This document shows positions 55,236 through 61,273 of a stretch of DNA of 61,273 bases, one piece after another. How positions within the stretch are numbered: position 1 is the first letter of the stretch; every line of letters begins with the position of its first letter. The stretch comes from a virus (Duplodnaviria; Caudoviricetes): IMG/VR virus record IMGVR_UViG_3300032288_001098, positions 1 through 61,273 of that record. The stretch is one strand, 5' to 3'. The notes under the pieces are model-generated. The model searched no databases and was not told the origin of the DNA. It saw only the letters and a list, made by a program, of their open reading frames with translations. Position numbers and translations under genes: made by a program.

Positions 55236-55730
55236 TTACACTACACCTGCATGCTTCTCCGGTGTGCCTGCTTCACAGCAGTTGCTTCTCTCCTTTCCCC
55301 GCCCCGCGCGGGGTTTCTTTTTGGGAGCGACATCGTCCATCTTCTCGATGATGATCTCTGCCCGGGGGCGCTCAGGGTCAAGACCCCAGTACAGGTGGCG
55401 CTCCTTAACCTGACGGTCGTTCTCATAGACCAGCCCCTGCATCAGGTCGAGGATCAGGGAGTCATCCAGATCAGGCCTTCTGGAGGCGTAGTAAATCCAC
55501 ATGGTCACCTTCAGGTCGCCCGACATGAGAGGGGCGATCTCTTTGCACTGTTGTTTAAATACAACAGCATAGCCTCGTGCTTTGTCAGACTTGATAAGTC
55601 TTGGCATGTTGCCGAAGCGAACCATCTTCCTACTGTTGGCCTTGCTTGCGGGCTCACCAAAAATAATCATTGATAGTGATTGCAATTCGTTTGGAGTATC
55701 GCTATCATTCGTAACCATAGACGCTTTCAA
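55236..55730 (-). CDS. rusA: RusA-like Holliday junction resolvase (start uncertain)
   Basis: GEPASKAN..RPDLD..ILD..NDRQV. Confidence 0.8.
   Translation of the reverse strand: MKASMVTNDSDTPNELQSLSMIIFGEPASKANSRKMVRFGNMPRLIKSDKARGYAVVFKQQCKEIAPLMSGDLKVTMWIYYASRRPDLDDSLILDLMQGLVYENDRQVKERHLYWGLDPERPRAEIIIEKMDDVAPKKKPRAGRGKERSNCCEAGTPEKHAGVV
55680..55708 (+). promoter_or_regulatory. Sigma70 promoter for the recombination operon
   Basis: TTGCAA-17 nt-TATCAT, bracketed by an inverted repeat. Confidence 0.55.
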
Positions 55731-55738
55731 GGATGTTT

Positions 55739-56611
55739 ATGAAGATCACCAACAAGTTTGATGTGCCACTGCCATTGGTAACTCTGGCCTCCAAGGAATA
55801 CTACACCAAGGGGGCCGCGCAGTACAGCGTGACTGAGTTGATCAGCCCTCCAAAGATCAGGAGGTTGCGCGAACGTCACAACGAAGACATTGAGCAGGAT
55901 GTCGCTGACATGCTCTGGCAACTGCTGGGTTCAGCCCTGCATGTGGTTATGGAGAGAGGGGAGACCGCTGGGTGGAAGAAGGAGGAGCGCCTCTTTGCAA
56001 AGATCAACGGCGTCACCCTGTCTGGTCAGATCGACCTCCAGCAGGAGACCGACAAGGGCATCGTGATCTGGGACTACAAGTTTACCTCCGCATGGGCGGT
56101 GATGAACGACAAGGTTGAGTGGGAACAGCAGTTGAACATCTACAAGTGGCTGGTGGAGCAGACCGGCAAGAAGGTTGTGGGCCTGAAGATTTGCTCCTTC
56201 ATCCGCGACTTCAGCCGCCACGAGACCAAGGAGAACTACCCCAAGGCTCCCATCCATGTCATGGACTTTCCGATGTGGGACAGCCAGCAGACGCAGGCCT
56301 ATATCGAGGAGCGGCTGGAGTTGCACCGCGATGCGAAGGTTGATTCAGATTTGGGGGAAGACCTGCGGGACTGCACCCCAGAGGAAAGGTGGATGTCGGA
56401 CACGACATACGCCGTCAGGAGGGAAGGCAGGAAGACTGCCATCCGTGTGTTTAAAACTATCGAAGAGGCCAATGAACTGGCCGAGAAGGAGAAAGGCTAT
56501 GTCGAAACAAGACTCGGAGAACCCAGACGTTGTGTCGGTGACTATTGCGGGGTCAGCCGTTGGTGCAAACAGCATCAACTCTGGAAGGCAGGATTCCATG
56601 AGTCAGATTGA
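55739..56611 (+). CDS. PD-(D/E)XK exonuclease (Cas4/RecB-like)
   Basis: SVTELI..G.ALH..GQIDL..DYK..QLNIY; C-terminal Cys cluster. Confidence 0.85.
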   Translation: MKITNKFDVPLPLVTLASKEYYTKGAAQYSVTELISPPKIRRLRERHNEDIEQDVADMLWQLLGSALHVVMERGETAGWKKEERLFAKINGVTLSGQIDLQQETDKGIVIWDYKFTSAWAVMNDKVEWEQQLNIYKWLVEQTGKKVVGLKICSFIRDFSRHETKENYPKAPIHVMDFPMWDSQQTQAYIEERLELHRDAKVDSDLGEDLRDCTPEERWMSDTTYAVRREGRKTAIRVFKTIEEANELAEKEKGYVETRLGEPRRCVGDYCGVSRWCKQHQLWKAGFHESD

Positions 56612-57278
56612 TCTTCTCAAGGTCAATGTCAACGAACATACCGAGAACAAGCAGGGGCTGACCTACCTGTCTTGGGCGTGGGCTTGGGCTGAGGCTCTGA
56701 AGGCCGACCCCCATGCAAACTTCCAGATTCAGATGTTTGATGGCAAACCGTATCTGGAGATCAACGACACCGCGATGGTGTTCGTGACTGTGTGTATGTT
56801 CGGCAAGCCGGTGACCTGCTTCCTGCCTGTAATGAACGGGGGTAACAAGCCCATCACATTCTCCGGGCGGGAGGTTCAGACCCGCAACGGCAGGATCATC
56901 GAGAAGATTGACTCCTTCAACGTCAACACCGCCATCATGCGTTGTCTGACTAAAGGTCTGGCCCTGCATGGTCTGGGCCTGTACATCTACGCTGGTGAGG
57001 ATTTGCCCGAGGGCGATGCAGAGCCTGCCCCCACGGTGGCAGAGAAAAAGGCTCCACCAGCTATCAGTGAGCAGGACGATGCCAACGCCCGTCTGTTCGC
57101 CGAGGGTATCGAGCAGTACATGTTCGTGGCCACAACCGAGAAGGGCCTGCGTTCGTACTGGAAGGAGAACGAGGTAGCCCTCAACAAACTCAAGGAAACC
57201 CATCCCGCCCTCTACGAGGGCATTCTCGCCGCATTCAAGAAGACTGCGGCACAACTCAAGGAGAAGGCAAATGCCTAA
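56598..57278 (+). CDS. Single-strand annealing protein (Sak3/DUF1071-like)
   Basis: LTYLSWAWAW..NTAIMRCLTK..GLGLYIYAGEDLP. Confidence 0.85.
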   Translation: MSQIDLLKVNVNEHTENKQGLTYLSWAWAWAEALKADPHANFQIQMFDGKPYLEINDTAMVFVTVCMFGKPVTCFLPVMNGGNKPITFSGREVQTRNGRIIEKIDSFNVNTAIMRCLTKGLALHGLGLYIYAGEDLPEGDAEPAPTVAEKKAPPAISEQDDANARLFAEGIEQYMFVATTEKGLRSYWKENEVALNKLKETHPALYEGILAAFKKTAAQLKEKANA

Positions 57279-57579
57279 CTACCCACAAAAAACTTTCAAG
57301 CCCCACAAGGACTCGGGAAGCCTCAAGGCCTCCACGATCAAGAAGACAGAGAAATCTGCCGACTACTGGGGTGACATTGCCATTGACCTGAACGACAAGA
57401 CCGCACTGAAGGTCGTAGACGGGCTGACCATTGTCAGACTGTCTGGCTGGAAGCGCAAAGGCAATGACGGCAAGATGTACCTGTCTTTGGCCGTGAACCG
57501 CTATGTGCCCGAGGAAGGCGGAGCAACGGGCCGTCCGCAGAAGGCCGAGGACTTCGGCGATGATGACATCCCCTTCTGA
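57271..57579 (+). CDS. ssDNA-binding-like protein
   Basis: DYWG..LSGWK..YLSL and acidic DDDIPF tail. Confidence 0.7.
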   Translation: MPNYPQKTFKPHKDSGSLKASTIKKTEKSADYWGDIAIDLNDKTALKVVDGLTIVRLSGWKRKGNDGKMYLSLAVNRYVPEEGGATGRPQKAEDFGDDDIPF

Positions 57580-57581
57580 TC

Positions 57582-57974
57582 ATGGCCCTACAGTTTGAAT
57601 GCCGCAAGGTCGCCCTCAAGCAGGATCGAACAGGCTTCATCCTGACGGTGGCCATACACCCTGACGAAATCCCGGAGGAACTCTTGCGGGACTTTGTCGG
57701 CTCCAGATACGGGTGTGCGCTGGTTCGCATCCAAGATGATGAATCTGCCACCCAATACAACAACCGTGTCCAAAAGGCAGGGATGTTGTGCCGAGACCAC
57801 AAGTTTTGGGAATTCCTTGAATGCTCATCGGAGGAGGAGGCCGCAACGGAACTCTGCGCCCGATGTGGCATCAATTCAAGAACCGAACTTCATGGTAATG
57901 AGGAGGCCAAGGCCCACTTCGATGGGCTTTTGAAAGACTACGAAAACTGGCGGTATGACAACCTGCCATTCTGA
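57582..57974 (+). CDS. Conserved phage protein
   Basis: QFE..KVALKQ..G..L..HPD; CGINSRTEL. Confidence 0.65.
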   Translation: MALQFECRKVALKQDRTGFILTVAIHPDEIPEELLRDFVGSRYGCALVRIQDDESATQYNNRVQKAGMLCRDHKFWEFLECSSEEEAATELCARCGINSRTELHGNEEAKAHFDGLLKDYENWRYDNLPF

Positions 57975-57983
57975 GGAACAACA

Positions 57984-58301
57984 ATGACAGCATCGACGTT
58001 TAAACCATTCATGGCTTACCTGTCACAGAAGGACTTGATCAAACTCAGGCGCTTCTCAAAACAGTCCAAGACCCCGATGGCGCAGATCATTCGGGAGGCG
58101 GTCGCCGCAAGGATGGCCTCTGGTGACCCATTCACCGCAGGATTCAACTCGGGGGTTGCCAAGTGCATCGAAACCGTGCAAAACATGAGTGTGGCGCAGA
58201 TGAGGTTCCCCTCCGGCAAATCGTTCGCAGAGGTGGTCAAGGACGAACTTGAAAACCAACTCATTGCGGAGGCAGAGCATGAAACTGAGGGGGCAACGTA
58301 A
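57984..58301 (+). CDS. Ribbon-helix-helix DNA-binding protein
   Basis: YLS..KL...S......MAQIIREAV. Confidence 0.65.
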   Translation: MTASTFKPFMAYLSQKDLIKLRRFSKQSKTPMAQIIREAVAARMASGDPFTAGFNSGVAKCIETVQNMSVAQMRFPSGKSFAEVVKDELENQLIAEAEHETEGAT

Positions 58302-58554
58302 CCAGTGCCAAGGGTGCAAGGAATACTTCAACAGCAACTATGCGTTCGATAAACACAGAACCGGAAAGCACGGCGTTAACCGCCGTTGTCGGAGTCCTGA
58401 AGAGATGCTGGAACTCGGCATGCTCAAGAATCAGGCAGGGTTCTGGATATCGAGCGCAGGAATTTACCGAGGAGAAGACGATGCAAGTGACGAAACCGAA
58501 GATGGTGCAGAAGGCGGAGAAACTCAAAGCGCCGCTGCTCGACCCCACGTTTAA
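58279..58554 (+). CDS. Zinc-binding protein (FDxHR type)
   Basis: CQGC..F.S..AFDKHR.G..RRC. Confidence 0.7.
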   Translation: MKLRGQRNQCQGCKEYFNSNYAFDKHRTGKHGVNRRCRSPEEMLELGMLKNQAGFWISSAGIYRGEDDASDETEDGAEGGETQSAAARPHV

Positions 58555-58651
58555 ATACATCAACGCAGCCGCCACGGACGTTCAGTCAACGTGGCGCAAG
58601 TTCGGGTGGACCCCGCCAAGTGCGGTCAAGGAACGCCATGAAGCAAGGTGA
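58481..58651 (+). CDS. Hypothetical protein
   Basis: FKY..AAATDVQSTWRKFGW.PPS; GAGGAG RBS. Confidence 0.6.
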   Translation: MQVTKPKMVQKAEKLKAPLLDPTFKYINAAATDVQSTWRKFGWTPPSAVKERHEAR

Positions 58652-58776
58652 GTCCATTCAAGACATCAGGATGATTGACTGGTACGCCGCCTTCATCCTG
58701 ATGAAACTCAGCACACTGGACAACACCGCAGACTGGACTGCGTCTGAGGTGTTTGACAGGGCACAAGCAATGATGG

Positions 58777-59049
58777 ATGAAAGAGAGAAGCGAATTGATC
58801 AAGTCAAACCAACCCGAGGCCAGAAGAATACTCAGGGATAACCCTGATGGCCTGACTATCAATGAGATGGTGCGCATGATGCCTCAGATACCCAATGAGA
58901 ATGCGCTCAGACGCTGTCTGTCGAGAATGCCAGATACCTACATCGACAGGTGGGTTGGGCCGGTTCGTGGGCAGTACGAGGCCGTGTGGTGCGTGGTCAT
59001 CCCGCCGCCAGACTGCCCAAAACCAACGAGACCGCTGCGGAGGCGATGA
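58777..59049 (+). CDS. HTH-like hypothetical protein (start uncertain)
   Basis: DGLT..MPDTYIDRW..AVWCVV.PP.DCP.P. Confidence 0.6.
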   Translation: MKERSELIKSNQPEARRILRDNPDGLTINEMVRMMPQIPNENALRRCLSRMPDTYIDRWVGPVRGQYEAVWCVVIPPPDCPKPTRPLRRR

Positions 59050-59375
59050 TGTTTAAACATATTTTGTTGTGCGCTCTATTTGCTAGTCCTGCCTACGCAA
59101 GCCAGTTCTGGGACGGCAACAAGTTATTCAATGCCATGAATGGCAATCAGTTTGAAAAAATGCATGCGCTTGGCTATGTGATGGGTGTAATTGACAATGA
59201 TGCAAACAAATCATTCTGCGCACCGAGCACGGCCACTCTGGGCCAGATGCACGACATCGTGAAGGTGCAGTTAGAAGGGCGACCAGAACTTCGCCATTTC
59301 AATGCTGATGTAATTGTGCGTGTATCGCTGGCCCGTGTGTGGCCGTGTGACTCCAAAAAGGGCAGTTCTTTGTAA
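59046..59375 (+). CDS. Rap1a-like secreted immunity protein
   Basis: Signal peptide; GN.L..GYVMGV.D..C.P..Q..V..P..RH..A..V..L..WPC. Confidence 0.75.
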   Translation: MMFKHILLCALFASPAYASQFWDGNKLFNAMNGNQFEKMHALGYVMGVIDNDANKSFCAPSTATLGQMHDIVKVQLEGRPELRHFNADVIVRVSLARVWPCDSKKGSSL

Positions 59376-59419
59376 CCCGATACGGTGGCGGGATTTCCAC
59401 CGGATTTCAGGAGAAAACG

Positions 59420-59650
59420 ATGAGTGAAGCAATCAGGGCACAGGTCTATGAAATGACCACCTACGTGAAGGACGGGATAAAGTATGTCCCGCATTATCGA
59501 AACAGCAACATCTTTGTTGGGCCGGGGTATCCAAGACGTACCCAGAGGAGATACACAGAGATTGAATTGCAAGAGGCCGGGGCGGTCAGAACCCCATCTT
59601 TCCTTTGGTCAAGAGGCTTCGTTGGTGAAGTTTCTGACAAAAACCCTTAA
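59420..59650 (+). CDS. Hypothetical protein
   Basis: AGGAG RBS; YVPHY..FVGPG. Confidence 0.6.
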   Translation: MSEAIRAQVYEMTTYVKDGIKYVPHYRNSNIFVGPGYPRRTQRRYTEIELQEAGAVRTPSFLWSRGFVGEVSDKNP

Positions 59651-59665
59651 ACACTGGAGATTGAA

Positions 59666-59866
59666 ATGAGAAAACTGTTTATTGCACTGATCCTTGCCGC
59701 CAACTTGGCCCCCAGCATTGCGTTTGCACGGGCCGGTACGCTTGTCCGGTGTGACTATGTAAGCACATCACAGGGCGGCAGGTACATTGGGACGTATTGT
59801 GTGGACTATCAGTGCAGCTACACCACCACCCGGATGTTCACCAGCTATTGCCCGTTCAGCATATGA
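59666..59866 (+). CDS. Small secreted four-Cys protein
   Basis: Signal peptide ending AFA; four Cys. Confidence 0.65.
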   Translation: MRKLFIALILAANLAPSIAFARAGTLVRCDYVSTSQGGRYIGTYCVDYQCSYTTTRMFTSYCPFSI

Positions 59867-60099
59867 GTATCAACACAGGTGGGTCAGCGTTTCCAAATTG
59901 GCCGGAATCGGCTTTCCCCAGCACATTTAAGTCATTCGATCCTGAGACTGGGCAAATACATCGTTGGGGCATGACCCTGCGCGACTACTTTGCGGCAAAA
60001 GCACTTCCGATGTTTAACGGCTCAGGCGACTTCAATTGGTCGGCTGAACAGGCATACAAAATGGCAGACGCCATGCTCAAAGCAAGGGAGCAGCCATGA
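59863..60099 (+). CDS. Conserved phage protein
   Basis: GGSAFP..GMTLRDYFAAKA..AY.MADAML.AR. Confidence 0.75.
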   Translation: MSINTGGSAFPNWPESAFPSTFKSFDPETGQIHRWGMTLRDYFAAKALPMFNGSGDFNWSAEQAYKMADAMLKAREQP

Positions 60100-60509
60100 A
60101 CAAGCCGATGACAAAACAAGAATGGCTTTCTTACATTGAGAAGACATGGGATACCGCTCAGAGGGAAGCATGGGGTGAGACTCCGCGCAAGGGAGCAGGC
60201 ATGAGTGACAGAGAAGCACTGGCCGAGCAGCCAGCACAACAGGACAACCCGCACCCGGAGTATTGCAAAGGCTATGCCGCCGGATTGGAAGCTGGGGCAA
60301 TCAGCGAGAAAAAGTCAGTACAGCAGCAGGAGCCGGTGGCGATCTGCGAATACTGCGAGAAAGAGCGCCAAGTCATCCAAGCAGAAGGCAAGCCGTGGGT
60401 GGGGCTGACGGATGAGGAGCTTCATGGAGTTATTCGCGCTGGTGGATACGACAGCATGGAGGAATTCGCCCGCGCCATCGAAGCCAAACTCAAGGAGAAG
60501 AACACATGA
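60096..60509 (+). CDS. Mosaic hypothetical protein
   Basis: QEPVA, WVGLTDEE, FARAIEAKLKEKNT. Confidence 0.6.
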   Translation: MNKPMTKQEWLSYIEKTWDTAQREAWGETPRKGAGMSDREALAEQPAQQDNPHPEYCKGYAAGLEAGAISEKKSVQQQEPVAICEYCEKERQVIQAEGKPWVGLTDEELHGVIRAGGYDSMEEFARAIEAKLKEKNT

Positions 60510-60871
60510 ACAGAAAAAGTTGCCCCAAGGGAATGGTTGACACTTGCTGTGAAGACTACGACAACTGCCCCACTAAGCATGACAAAGACGCCGAAATAAA
60601 ACGCCTCAACGAAAAGATCGAGTTTCTTGCGCGAACCAATATGCTGTACAGCGATTGGGAACACCGCGAGACACAAGTTACAAGCGACCTTATTCGTAAA
60701 GGCATTGAGGCTACAAAAATCAAAGCAAGCGATGAAGCGTTGATGGAAGTTGCGCTTGAAGCCATCGAAGGTTTTATTCCATACCTTCCACTTGATGACA
60801 CTGTTCAGATGGCCCGCTACGATCAAGCAATCAAAAGGCTGACGAAAAGACTCAAGGAGAAGAATGGATGA
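60506..60871 (+). CDS. Hypothetical protein
   Basis: ATGA coupling at both ends; ends LKEKNG. Confidence 0.6.
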   Translation: MNRKSCPKGMVDTCCEDYDNCPTKHDKDAEIKRLNEKIEFLARTNMLYSDWEHRETQVTSDLIRKGIEATKIKASDEALMEVALEAIEGFIPYLPLDDTVQMARYDQAIKRLTKRLKEKNG

Positions 60872-61273
60872 CCACCCAGCTTGTGCGCGACATTATGAAG
60901 CTGGTGTCTGATGGCGGCATTGATCCCACTGAGATGCACTGGTTTGATGCGACCGGATGCTTTATGGATCAAAGCGAGGAGTCTCAGACACCTTTGCACG
61001 ACAGCAGGCCACCTTTTCGCAAGTGCATGGTCTGCTGGGAAGGGCAGTCCAGAAGCCATCAGCGGATGAGAATGTGGCTACTGGTGGCGGGGGATGATCC
61101 AGAAGAGGGCATCGTGCTGACTGTCTGGAGGCAGCCAGCCACCCAGCGCCCGGTGGCGTCGCCCATCATGGTTTACCTCATCGACGATGGACAGATCAGA
61201 TACGGCCCGATGGATGAGGGGGTTACGATGGACAAGACCGAGGCCGAGATGATCCTTGGGTTTGTCTCGGCGT
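60868..61273 (+). CDS. 5' part of the gene completed at 1-705 (variant allele)
   Basis: AAGGAG RBS, ATG at 60868, open to window end. Confidence 0.8.
   Translation, partial: MTTQLVRDIMKLVSDGGIDPTEMHWFDATGCFMDQSEESQTPLHDSRPPFRKCMVCWEGQSRSHQRMRMWLLVAGDDPEEGIVLTVWRQPATQRPVASPIMVYLIDDGQIRYGPMDEGVTMDKTEAEMILGFVSA
60874..61273. repeat. Right copy of the imperfect terminal repeat
   Basis: Matches 1-400. Confidence 0.95.

Noticed and set aside
55739-56611. Cas4-like nuclease as a CRISPR component
   Set aside because: It sits in an exonuclease-SSAP-SSB recombination module typical of phages
1-61273. Stop-codon reassignment, diversity-generating retroelement or prophage boundaries
   Set aside because: Genes are intact in the standard code; no reverse transcriptase or TR/VR pair seen; terminal mismatches are not adenine-specific; no integrase or host genes recognised

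Overview
The window is an essentially complete, circularly permuted ~60.9 kb genome of a tailed dsDNA phage with a podovirus-like virion module; nt 1-400 reappear as an imperfect copy at 60874-61273. The minus-strand block (~1.7-44.0 kb) is the morphogenesis module: TerS, TerL, portal, GroES-like co-chaperonin, scaffold, major capsid, a run of small basic proteins, tail and fibre proteins, holin/lysozyme, two internal virion proteins and a 3035-aa polyvalent protein. A divergent intergenic region with four DnaA-box-like motifs (~44.0-44.4 kb) precedes a plus-strand early operon and a SprT/MoxR-AAA/VWA trio. A primase-helicase, HNH, RusA-like, exonuclease, SSAP and SSB-like module follows. I recognised no DNA polymerase, integrase, tRNA or CRISPR array. 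Four signals stand out. (1) Six of the seven small early genes are preceded by an RNA-processing element: two canonical type I hammerhead ribozymes and four copies of a covarying hairpin that I cannot name. (2) The palindrome GTTTAAAC occurs at least 26 times where about one copy is expected. (3) Several structured non-coding RNA candidates are present. (4) Short peptide motifs ([KR][YL]SL and phi-x-x-GG) punctuate the virion cargo proteins. All family assignments come from motif recognition by eye; no database searches were run.
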